NCBI GenBank assembly: GCA_036555245.1
Contig: DATBLP010000073.1
Location: 3,659 to 67,658, forward strand
Direction: 5' to 3'
From: Burkholderiales bacterium
Lineage (GTDB): Bacteria; Pseudomonadota; Gammaproteobacteria; Burkholderiales; SG8-39
DNA length: 64,000 bases
The notes beneath the pieces are model-generated. The model was not told where the DNA came from, searched no databases, and saw only the letters and a program-made list of their open reading frames with translations. Within the stretch, counting starts at the first letter, position 1. Each line of letters opens with the position of its first letter. The translations under genes were made by a program, and so were the position numbers. Positions 7,738 to 16,704 of this stretch are shown here, one piece after another.

Positions 7738-10700
7738 ATGACCGATCTGAGCACTTCCAGGCATAGCGAATACAAGGCGAAGAACAGGATCCGCATCGTC
7801 ACGGCGGCGTCGCTCTTCGACGGTCACGACGCCTCGATCAACATCATGCGCCGCATCCTGCAGGCGAGCGGCGCGGAAGTGATCCACCTCGGGCACAACC
7901 GCTCGGTCGAGGAAGTCGTGATTGCGGCGCTGCACGAGGATGTGCAGGCGATCGCGGTGTCTTCCTATCAGGGCGGCCATATCGAGTACTTCAGGTACAT
8001 GATCGACCTGCTGCGCGAGCGAGGCGGCGAGAATATCCGCGTGTTCGGCGGCGGAGGAGGAGTCATTGTTCCCGAAGAGATCCGGGAGCTCGAGCGCTAC
8101 GGCGTGGCGCGGGTGTACTCCCCCGAGGACGGCCAGAGGATGGGCCTGCAGGGAATGATCGACGACATGCTCGCGCGCTGCGACCACGATCTTTCGCAGT
8201 ACGCGCCGCGCGACCTGGAAACGGTCAAGGAGGGAGACCGGCGGGCGCTCGCGCGCCTGATCACGGGACTGGAGGCGGGCACCGCCGGATTGCTCCGCGA
8301 CCAGATCTTGAGGGAAGCCGTCGCGCTCGCCGTCCCCGTTCTCGGCGTTACGGGCACCGGCGGCTCGGGGAAATCATCGCTCACGGACGAGCTCATCCGC
8401 CGCATCCGCCTGGACCAGGACGATCGTCTGAAGATCGCGGTCCTTGCCGTCGATCCGTCGCGGCGCAAGAGCGGTGGCGCGCTGCTCGGCGACCGCATCC
8501 GCATGAACGCGCTCGGTACGCGCGTGTTCATGCGCTCGATGGCAACGCGCGATACCGGCAGCGAGATCTCCGCGGCGCTCGCCGATGCGATTGCCGCCTG
8601 TCGTGTGGCCGGGTTCGATCTGATCGTGGCCGAGACCTCGGGGATCGGGCAGGGCAACGCCGCGATCGTGCCCCTCGTCGACGCATCCCTCTACGTGATG
8701 ACCCCGGAGTACGGAGCGGCGAGCCAGCTCGAGAAGATCGACATGCTGGACTTTGCCGATTTCGTGGCGATCAACAAATTCGACCGCCGCGGAGCGGAGG
8801 ATGCGCTGCGCGACGTGAGAAAACAATATCAGCGCAACCACAAGCTTTTCGGTGACCCATCCGAGCGCATGCCGGTGTACGGCACTATCGCCTCCCGCTT
8901 CAACGACGACGGCGTGACCGCGCTCTATCAGGGAATGCTGCCGAAACTCGTGGAGTGCGGCCTGAAGGCGGGAGCCGGCAAGCTGCCCGGGGTTTCCGTG
9001 CGCGCCTCCTCGGGAAAGAACGCGATCATCCCACCCCCCCGCGCGCGCTACCTTGCCGAGATAGCCGAGAAGGTCCGCGGTTACCACGCCACTGTCGCCG
9101 AGCAGTCGCGTCTCGCGCGCGAGCGCCAGCAGCTGACTGCCGCGAAAGGAATGCTCGCTGCTCTACAGCCAGCTGACGGAAGCGAGGATCTCGTCGCGAA
9201 GCTCGACGCGCTCATCGCCGACCGGGACTCAAGGCTCGAGGCCCGCTCCAAAGATCTCCTCGACACCTGGCCGGAAACGGTCAAGGCATACTCGGGCGAG
9301 GATTTTGTGGTCCGTGTCCGCGACCGGGAATCCCGCACAAAGCTCACGCATACTTCGCTTTCCGGCACCCGCCTGCCGAAAGTCGCCCTGCCAAGATTCG
9401 AGGACCACGGAGAAACCTTGCGCTGGCGGATGCGCGAAAACGTTCCCGGCGCCTTCCCGTTTACCGCCGGCGTGTTTGCTTTCAGGCGCGAAAACGAGGA
9501 CCCGACGAGGATGTTCGCCGGCGAAGGCGATCCGTCGCGAACCAATCGGCGGTTCCACCTGCTCTCCAAGGACACGCCGGCGAAGCGCCTGTCCACCGCC
9601 TTCGATTCCGTGACGCTCTACGGCTTCGATCCGGATCGGCGCCCGGATATCTATGGAAAGGTGGGCAACTCGGGCGTTTCGATCGCCACGCTCGATGACA
9701 TGAAGGTGCTGTACTCGGGATTCGACCTTTGCGACCCAGCCACGAGCGTCAGCATGACCATCAACGGGCCGGCACCGACCATCCTGGCGATGTTCATGAA
9801 CACCGCGATCGATCAGCAGGTGGACAAGTTCAGTAAGGACAAGAACCGGACGCCGACCGTGGAGGAGTACGCGAGAATCAGGGCAAGCACGCTCTCGAGC
9901 GTGCGCGGCACGGTACAGGCGGACATCCTCAAGGAAGACCAGGGCCAGAATACCTGCATCTTCTCGACCGAATTCAGCCTCAAGGTGATGGGGGACATCC
10001 AGGAATACTTCATCGAGCACGACGTCCGCAACTTCTACTCGGCTTCGATTTCGGGCTATCACATCGCCGAAGCGGGAGCGAACCCGATCAGCCAGCTGGC
10101 GTTCACGCTTGCCAACGGTCTCACCTTCGTCGAGGCCTATCTCGCGCGCGGCATGGAGATCGACGATTTCGCGCCGAGCCTATCGTTCTTCTTCAGCTAC
10201 GGAATGGATCCGGAATACGCGGTCCTCGGGCGCGTGGCGCGGCGCATCTGGGCGGTCGCGATGCGCGAGAAGTACGGAGCCAGCGAGCGCAGCCAGCGGC
10301 TAAAATTCCATTCGCAGACATCCGGCCGATCGCTGCACGCGCAGGAGATCGCCTTCAACGACATCCGCACCACGCTTCAGGCGCTCATCTCCACCAACGA
10401 CAACACCAACTCGCTGCACACCAACGCCTACGACGAGGCGATCACCACGCCCACCGAGGAATCGGTGCGCCGTGCCATGGCGATCCAGCTCATCATCAAC
10501 AGGGAATGGGGGCTCGCGAAGAACGAAAATTCCAACCAGGGGAGCTTCATCATCGAGGAGCTGACCGATCTGGTCGAGGAGGCGGTGCTCAAGGAGTTCG
10601 ATGCGATCTCCGAACGCGGCGGCGTGCTCGGGGCGATGGAGACCGGCTACCAGCGCGGCAAGATACAGGAAGAATCGATGGTCTACGAGCAGCGCAAGCA

Positions 10701-11004
10701 CGACGGCTCGTACCCCATCATCGGCGTGAACATCTTCCGCAATCCCCACGGAGATTCAGCTCCGAAGAAGCTCGAGCTCATACGCTCGACCGAGGAAGAA
10801 AAGCGCTCGCAGCTGCGGCGCCTGGCAGATTTCCAGGAGCGTCACATGAAGGAATCGGGGTCGATGCTCGAGCGCCTCCAGCGGACAGTCGTGGAGGACG
10901 GGAACGTTTTCGCAGTCCTGATGGAAGCCGTTCGCTGCTGCTCCCTCGGCCAGATCACCCACGCGCTGTTCGAGGTGGGAGGGCAATACCGCCGCAGCAT
11001 GTGA
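7738..11004 (+). CDS. icmF: Fused isobutyryl-CoA mutase/GTPase IcmF (AdoCbl-dependent)
   Basis: N-terminal B12 domain DGHDAS, MeaB GTPase [22 protein letters not shown] barrel with RMFAGEG and [11 protein letters not shown]; ends GGQYRRSM; 1088 aa. Confidence 0.95.
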   Translation: MTDLSTSRHSEYKAKNRIRIVTAASLFDGHDASINIMRRILQASGAEVIHLGHNRSVEEVVIAALHEDVQAIAVSSYQGGHIEYFRYMIDLLRERGGENIRVFGGGGGVIVPEEIRELERYGVARVYSPEDGQRMGLQGMIDDMLARCDHDLSQYAPRDLETVKEGDRRALARLITGLEAGTAGLLRDQILREAVALAVPVLGVTGTGGSGKSSLTDELIRRIRLDQDDRLKIAVLAVDPSRRKSGGALLGDRIRMNALGTRVFMRSMATRDTGSEISAALADAIAACRVAGFDLIVAETSGIGQGNAAIVPLVDASLYVMTPEYGAASQLEKIDMLDFADFVAINKFDRRGAEDALRDVRKQYQRNHKLFGDPSERMPVYGTIASRFNDDGVTALYQGMLPKLVECGLKAGAGKLPGVSVRASSGKNAIIPPPRARYLAEIAEKVRGYHATVAEQSRLARERQQLTAAKGMLAALQPADGSEDLVAKLDALIADRDSRLEARSKDLLDTWPETVKAYSGEDFVVRVRDRESRTKLTHTSLSGTRLPKVALPRFEDHGETLRWRMRENVPGAFPFTAGVFAFRRENEDPTRMFAGEGDPSRTNRRFHLLSKDTPAKRLSTAFDSVTLYGFDPDRRPDIYGKVGNSGVSIATLDDMKVLYSGFDLCDPATSVSMTINGPAPTILAMFMNTAIDQQVDKFSKDKNRTPTVEEYARIRASTLSSVRGTVQADILKEDQGQNTCIFSTEFSLKVMGDIQEYFIEHDVRNFYSASISGYHIAEAGANPISQLAFTLANGLTFVEAYLARGMEIDDFAPSLSFFFSYGMDPEYAVLGRVARRIWAVAMREKYGASERSQRLKFHSQTSGRSLHAQEIAFNDIRTTLQALISTNDNTNSLHTNAYDEAITTPTEESVRRAMAIQLIINREWGLAKNENSNQGSFIIEELTDLVEEAVLKEFDAISERGGVLGAMETGYQRGKIQEESMVYEQRKHDGSYPIIGVNIFRNPHGDSAPKKLELIRSTEEEKRSQLRRLADFQERHMKESGSMLERLQRTVVEDGNVFAVLMEAVRCCSLGQITHALFEVGGQYRRSM

Positions 11005-11042
11005 CGGGCGGAATCGCCCCTTGAGAGGCGCGTTTGATCGCT

Positions 11043-11582
11043 TTAGCGCAAGGCCGCGAGCACCCGCTGGGCGTCGCGCGCCAGCGGATGCTGCGGGTTC
11101 TGCTTGAGGAAGGTCTCGAAACCCGAGATGGCGCGGGCATTGTCGCCCAAGGCTGCCTGGGCGAGCGCTCCTCCAAAGCGCGCTTCGGAGGCGAGTGGGC
11201 TGCGAGGATGCGCGTCAACGAAGGCATCGAACGCTTTCGCCGCTTCGGCGAACCTGCCGGCGTCGGCGAGATCCTGCGCCGACCGCAGCTCCTGCCGCTC
11301 GGCTCGATACGCGGGATCCTGTTCGCGATCTCCCTTCCAGTAGGGTTTGAGCGCCGACTCGGTGGCTTCGGCGCCGCGTATCCCGGCGGTCACTGTCTGG
11401 CTCGCGACGACTTGCGTCGACTGGCGCGGGGCGACTGAGCGCAGCCTCGCCCACAGCTCGCCGAGAATGCTCTTCAGTTGGGAACCCCCTCGGGAGGGAG
11501 CCGGATCGGCCGCCGTCACGGCGGTCGCGGCGAGCAGAAACACCATCGCGGTCACGGCGCAGATCAAAGGCTTTGTTTGCAT
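11043..11582 (-). CDS. Exported small TPR protein (YbgF/BamD-like C-terminal TPRs)
   Basis: Signal peptide, TVTAGIRG motif, TPR helices AFDAFVDAHPRSPLASEARF and FLKQNPQHPLA; RBS GAGGAG. Confidence 0.75.
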   Translation of the reverse strand: MQTKPLICAVTAMVFLLAATAVTAADPAPSRGGSQLKSILGELWARLRSVAPRQSTQVVASQTVTAGIRGAEATESALKPYWKGDREQDPAYRAERQELRSAQDLADAGRFAEAAKAFDAFVDAHPRSPLASEARFGGALAQAALGDNARAISGFETFLKQNPQHPLARDAQRVLAALR

Positions 11583-11604
11583 GATCGTCTCCTCATCGTA
11601 GCGG

Positions 11605-14600
11605 CTAGTTGCCCAGGAGCTTGGCCAGGGAGCGGTATTGCTTCCCGGTGTCCTTCTGCAGCTGGGTTGCCTCGCGATACTTCGCCCGCGCCTCAGGAAG
11701 CTTGCCGAGCCGGTAATAAGCGAGCGCGACGTTGACGCGAATGCCCCCGTCGCCGGGATCGAGCTCCTCCGCGAAGCGGTAGGACTCTAGGGCGCGCTCG
11801 TAGTCGCCACGGTCGTAGTACAGATTACCGCGATTGTTGAGCGCCGCCGCGTGCCGCGGATTGCCGGCGAGAATCGCCTCATACTCCTTCAAGGCTACGT
11901 CGGTCGCTCCGTTGCGTCCGTAGATATTTCCGATCTGCAGCCGCGCCTCCTCGTCCCTGGGATTCGACGCGAGCAGCTGACGGTAAGGCTGGACCTCGCG
12001 CTCAAGGCGTCGCGCGATGAGCACACGCTGCTCGCGGTCGACGAGGCGACTCGCCCGCTCTCCGGATGCCACCTCGACGGCGAAGGTGGGGGGCGCCAGC
12101 GTCACCGGCGGATATCTCTCCCAGGTGTGGCGCAGCGGTAGCACCTTGAGCTGCTTCCTGGCTTCCGCCTCGTAGTACCTGCGCCCGCCCTCGGCCCAAG
12201 CCTCCGAGAAGGATGTCGCGATCAGAGTGGCTTCCACCGGTATCCAGATTTCTCCGTCGCGCACGACCAGCAGGTCGTCCTGCAGGCTGATCAGTCCGCG
12301 GTCGGCTTCCTTGAGCCCCGTGCGGAACATTAGAAAGAGGTGCCCTGGCACGTCGACCAGCGCCGTCTCGATCCCCAGGTTTTCGTACGCGGCGGCAAGC
12401 AGCACTGAAAGATCGTCGCAATCACCGCTCTTCAGCCGCAGCGTCTCGCGCGGAAACTGGACGTAGTCGATCTGATCGGCGCTCACCCGCGAAAAAGGCG
12501 AGTTGGGATCGGCTTGATACCTCAAGCCTTGCGCGCTCAAGACGTTGTACACCGTCGCGGCGAGCGCCAGCGGCCGGTTGAGAGCCGCTTGCGATGGAGG
12601 CGCGTAGCGGTTGACGGCCTCGCGCACGAAGTTTCTGAGCGTGTCGTCCCTCGGCGTGACGAAAGAACCTACCATGTCGCCGTTCGCCCAAAGAATGGCG
12701 TTCTTGCCGTACAAGGTAACCGCCTGGGTGATTTCCTGTGTGCCGTCGCGGCTGTCGGCGGTCGCAAGCGACACGACCGCGAGCACGCGTGTGTCTTCGT
12801 CGATCGAGAGGACCTTGTTGTTGAAAGTCGCATGCAGGGGGACTTCAACGACGCTTTTCGCCTTGAGCTCGCCGATCTCCCGGCTCACGGGAAAATCCAT
12901 GTACTCCTTGATGAAGAACGATACGCGCAGGTTCTTGTAGTCCTCAGCGGTGTCGTTTCGCACTTTCACCAAGCCTATTCTCTCGGTTGCGTATTGCTTG
13001 TGCGCCGCCACGAACATCCGCTCCATTCGCAGATCCTCGAGCCGCGGGCGCGCGACCGTTCCGGCGAGCGCCTTCTGTTTCTGGTCGTAGGCCGCGGCGA
13101 GCAGACGCTGGTTCGCATCGCTTGGATTGAGCTTGGCCGCAATAGTCAACTCCGCGATCGCCGCGTCGAACCCGCGCCGCTCGAGATGGGTCCCTGCAAT
13201 GGCCACATGCGGCGCGTCGGCACGATCGTCGATGCGCGCTGCCTTCTCGAGGTACGTGAGTGCCTCGTCATAGCTGTTGCTGTCCACCAAGCTGACGCCA
13301 AGCCGGAAGTTCGCCTCGTAGGAGTCCGGCTGCAGCTCCAGAGCGCGCTTGAGCGTCTGGATCGCCTCGCCGTTCTTGCCTTGCCGGTATGCCGCGGTGG
13401 AAGCGAGCAGCAAGGGCTCGATGTTCTTCGGCGCGAGCTTCTGTGCCTCGCGCGCCGCCTTGCCGGAATCCTGCCAGCGGCCCAGCGCCGCTAGCGTCCG
13501 CGTTTGCGCGAGGCGCAGATCAACGTCGACGGGCGCGAGTGCGACGGCGCGCTCGAGGGCGGCAAGGGCTTGCGCATGGCGGCCTTCCCGGGCTTCCAGT
13601 TCGGCTAGGCGCTTGAAAACCCCGGCGTCGGCGTCGGGCAGTGCGGCGGCTTTCGCCAGGGCTTCGCGCGCCTTGCGCTCGTCCTTGAGGCTCAGATAGG
13701 CGTCCGCGAGCGCCGCCCAGGCCGCCCCGTACTTGGCATTCAGCCGCGTTGCACGCGCAAGCGAAATCACCGCTTCTTCATGCCTGCCTTGGGTGATGGC
13801 GATTCGTCCAAGCACCCACTGCCCCATGCTTTCCTCGGCGGGGCTGCCCGCCATCGACAAAGCGATGGTTCGCGCCTGGTCAAACTCGCCGAGGGCGAGA
13901 TGCGTATTCGCGGCGGCGATCAGCGCCTCCGTGTCCCGCGGTGCAATGGCGAGCGCCCTCTTGTAGCGCGCGAGCGCATCGCGCTCGCGGCCGAGCGATT
14001 GCAGGACGCGACCAGCGCGCCGCCAGTTCGCGATCTCCGAGGGGTTCGCGGCGCAAGCCGCGTCGAGTTCGGCAATGCCCTTGTCCACCGCGCCGAGGCG
14101 AACGAACGCTTCGCCAAGGGCTGCGCGCGCCGTGGCGTTTTTCGGGTCGCGCGATAACGCCGTTTCGAGGCAAGTCACGGCGCCCGCCGCGTCGCCCAAT
14201 TGCAGTCCCAGCTCTCCGCATAGCGCGTATGTTTCGGCGGTCGCCTGATTTGCGGCTATGGCGCGCTCGGTCGCCGAGCGCGCGCCGAGAATATCGCCCG
14301 AGGCGGCAATCGCTCTGGCCTCGAGCAAGCGTCCGGCGGTCCCCCATCCCGGGCGCCGCGCAAGGTCCTGAAAATGGCCCACGGCCGCATCGTAACGGCG
14401 CATGGCGAGGAGGCTTCGTCCAAGATACTCGACCGCTGCGGCGTGGTCCGGCGCCGCCTGCGTCGCGCGAGTGAAGGCAGCGGCCGCGGGTTCGTAGCGC
14501 CCGGCCTCGAATTCGCGATAGCCGCTGCGGAACACGTCCTCGACGGGTGCCGACGGCTCGCCGTCGACCCCAAAGTTGCTCTGGGCATCCACGCGATAGA

Positions 14601-16575
14601 AGAGAAAACGGCCTCCGGCATCCGCTCCGAGCGAAACGTCCGCGACCTTGGTTTCGAGTAGGCGCTCGTAAGGCCCTTCTTTCCGGGGCGCCGCATAGAC
14701 GCGGTAAGCCGACACGTAGCGCGCGGTGGATTTCAGCCAGGTCACTCGAACCTTGTCGGGCTCGCCGAGCACGGCGACCCCGCCCACGCGCGGCAGCGGC
14801 AGGAGGAAATGGTAGATAGCGAGCTCCTTGCGTTCGGCATCGTGCAGCGCGAAGGTGTAGCTTGCCGGAGGAATCGAGAAGGTCACCGCTCCGGTCGGTT
14901 CGATCTGCGGGCTGCGGTAGGCTGCAAAGGAGAACTCCCGGACTCCTCCGTGGAAAACGTCGACGAGCTGCTTGCCCTGCTCCGTCGCCGCGGAAACGTA
15001 GAGCCGCTCCTCCGCGTCGATGCTCAGTCCGTGGATCGTCTGGTAGGAAATCGGGTCGCCGGCCACGCTGGAGCTCCACTCGAGCTTCGCCGAGTACACT
15101 TGCACTCTCTTGGTTTCGGCGTCGGCGACATAGATGTTGCCCGAGGGGTCCGTCACGACGGCCACGGGTTTCGCCAGCCGCTGTGGCTGATTTGGGACGT
15201 CGGCGAGCTTGTTCACGAAAATCCCGTCGCGCGTGAAAATCTGCACACGGTGGTTGTCGGTATCAGCGACATACAGATAATCGGCGAGATGCAGGCCGCC
15301 GATTTCGTCGAATTCGCCGTCCCGCGATCCCCCGCGCCCAACCGTGAAGCGCAATTTGCCGTCGCGGCTGAAGATCTTCACGCTGTCGCCGTCGGCGATC
15401 GCAATGTCGCGCGCGTCAGCCGCTGCGCGGCGCGGCCTGTCGAATTTTCCGGAGAATTCAAGCTTGAACTTGCCGGTGGGATCGAGCCGCGTGACCTTGC
15501 CCCTTTTCAGGCAAAGGATGTCTCCACCTTCCAGCACGTACGCATGTTCGCATTCCAGGCCAAGCGTGCTTGCGCGCCGCACGCTCGCCAGCCGCTCGGT
15601 TTCCGGAATCGCAAGCTTTGCTTCGGGAATGCGAAAAAACTCGATCTTCTTGTTGCCGATGTCGGCGATCGCAAGGTCGCGCCCGGCGATGGCAATGGCG
15701 GCGACCTCGGAGAACTGACCGCGCCCACTTCCTGGGCTGCCGAAGCGGCGATTGACCTTCGCATGCTCCCAATCCAGCTCGACGATGTTCCCGTTCGCGC
15801 CGTCGGCGACAAAAACCCTCCCGGTCGGGTCGGCAGCGAGCGCGCGCCAGCGCGCGCTGCGGTTTCCGGCAAACGACTCGGCGCTCAAGCGCTTCAGCAA
15901 TGTCCCGGAATGGCTGTAGACGGACAACCGTCCAGGGCCGGAGTCCTCGAGGACGTATACGCGCTCGGCGCCGTCCACGGCAAGCTGCAGGGGCCGGACA
16001 GGCGCAGTCTCTTGATCGCGGCCGCCGATCGCCTGCAGGAATACGCCGTCCTCGGAGAACACGGCGACGCGGTTGTTGCTTCGATCGGCGACATAAAGCC
16101 GCTTCCGGGAGGAAAAGGCGAGGCCTTCGGGATCCTTGAGTTCACCGTAGCCGTGTCCGCCGCCCGCGAACACGCGTACCGCACGGCCCTGATCGTCGAT
16201 GATGGCGATCGTGTCGTTGCTCGTGTTTGCAACCGCGATGCGACCTTCGCTCAGCACGGCGAGTCCGCCGACCTTCTTCGAGGTGAACGGGCGGCCGCTT
16301 CCGGCGAGGTCGGTCGACTTGGCCGCTTCACCCGCCAAACGCCACAAGGCGCCTCGATCGCGCTCGACAAAAAGCACGGTGCCGTCGGCGGCGAGTGTCA
16401 TTCCGATCACCTCGGACAGCGGCGTGTCCCCGGCCGGCTGCCAAGAGCGGAGAAACTGGAGTTCCGGCTGTTGCGCAAACGCCCGGCTCAAGGCGAGCCC
16501 GGCGCACAGGGCAAAGACGATTCCAGAGCGCCTGGCTCCGGAATCGCAGGACTTCGGGGCAATTGCTCGACGCAC
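11605..16575 (-). CDS. Large exported multidomain protein: NHL propellers, FN3, TPR array, Ig-like, transglutaminase-like Cys domain, TPR
   Basis: Signal peptide; NHL repeats (LYVADRSNNRVAVF, GSGRGQF, LYVADTDNHRVQIF); FN3 (VRVTW..YRVY..YRVDA); many TPRs; SGDCDDLS..PGHLFL..WIPVEAT; RBS GGAGGAGG before GTG. Confidence 0.8.
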   Translation of the reverse strand: MRRAIAPKSCDSGARRSGIVFALCAGLALSRAFAQQPELQFLRSWQPAGDTPLSEVIGMTLAADGTVLFVERDRGALWRLAGEAAKSTDLAGSGRPFTSKKVGGLAVLSEGRIAVANTSNDTIAIIDDQGRAVRVFAGGGHGYGELKDPEGLAFSSRKRLYVADRSNNRVAVFSEDGVFLQAIGGRDQETAPVRPLQLAVDGAERVYVLEDSGPGRLSVYSHSGTLLKRLSAESFAGNRSARWRALAADPTGRVFVADGANGNIVELDWEHAKVNRRFGSPGSGRGQFSEVAAIAIAGRDLAIADIGNKKIEFFRIPEAKLAIPETERLASVRRASTLGLECEHAYVLEGGDILCLKRGKVTRLDPTGKFKLEFSGKFDRPRRAAADARDIAIADGDSVKIFSRDGKLRFTVGRGGSRDGEFDEIGGLHLADYLYVADTDNHRVQIFTRDGIFVNKLADVPNQPQRLAKPVAVVTDPSGNIYVADAETKRVQVYSAKLEWSSSVAGDPISYQTIHGLSIDAEERLYVSAATEQGKQLVDVFHGGVREFSFAAYRSPQIEPTGAVTFSIPPASYTFALHDAERKELAIYHFLLPLPRVGGVAVLGEPDKVRVTWLKSTARYVSAYRVYAAPRKEGPYERLLETKVADVSLGADAGGRFLFYRVDAQSNFGVDGEPSAPVEDVFRSGYREFEAGRYEPAAAAFTRATQAAPDHAAAVEYLGRSLLAMRRYDAAVGHFQDLARRPGWGTAGRLLEARAIAASGDILGARSATERAIAANQATAETYALCGELGLQLGDAAGAVTCLETALSRDPKNATARAALGEAFVRLGAVDKGIAELDAACAANPSEIANWRRAGRVLQSLGRERDALARYKRALAIAPRDTEALIAAANTHLALGEFDQARTIALSMAGSPAEESMGQWVLGRIAITQGRHEEAVISLARATRLNAKYGAAWAALADAYLSLKDERKAREALAKAAALPDADAGVFKRLAELEAREGRHAQALAALERAVALAPVDVDLRLAQTRTLAALGRWQDSGKAAREAQKLAPKNIEPLLLASTAAYRQGKNGEAIQTLKRALELQPDSYEANFRLGVSLVDSNSYDEALTYLEKAARIDDRADAPHVAIAGTHLERRGFDAAIAELTIAAKLNPSDANQRLLAAAYDQKQKALAGTVARPRLEDLRMERMFVAAHKQYATERIGLVKVRNDTAEDYKNLRVSFFIKEYMDFPVSREIGELKAKSVVEVPLHATFNNKVLSIDEDTRVLAVVSLATADSRDGTQEITQAVTLYGKNAILWANGDMVGSFVTPRDDTLRNFVREAVNRYAPPSQAALNRPLALAATVYNVLSAQGLRYQADPNSPFSRVSADQIDYVQFPRETLRLKSGDCDDLSVLLAAAYENLGIETALVDVPGHLFLMFRTGLKEADRGLISLQDDLLVVRDGEIWIPVEATLIATSFSEAWAEGGRRYYEAEARKQLKVLPLRHTWERYPPVTLAPPTFAVEVASGERASRLVDREQRVLIARRLEREVQPYRQLLASNPRDEEARLQIGNIYGRNGATDVALKEYEAILAGNPRHAAALNNRGNLYYDRGDYERALESYRFAEELDPGDGGIRVNVALAYYRLGKLPEARAKYREATQLQKDTGKQYRSLAKLLGN

Positions 16576-16704
16576 GGGCCTCCTCCCAGATTCCCGAGAG
16601 AAGCATTCTAGCGCCGTTCCTTCACGTCCGGGGGAGGCCTTTTGCCTCTAAAATCCAGCAGATTTCACGACAAAGCGCTCGCGCACGCCAGCTTGCGCCC
16701 ACCC

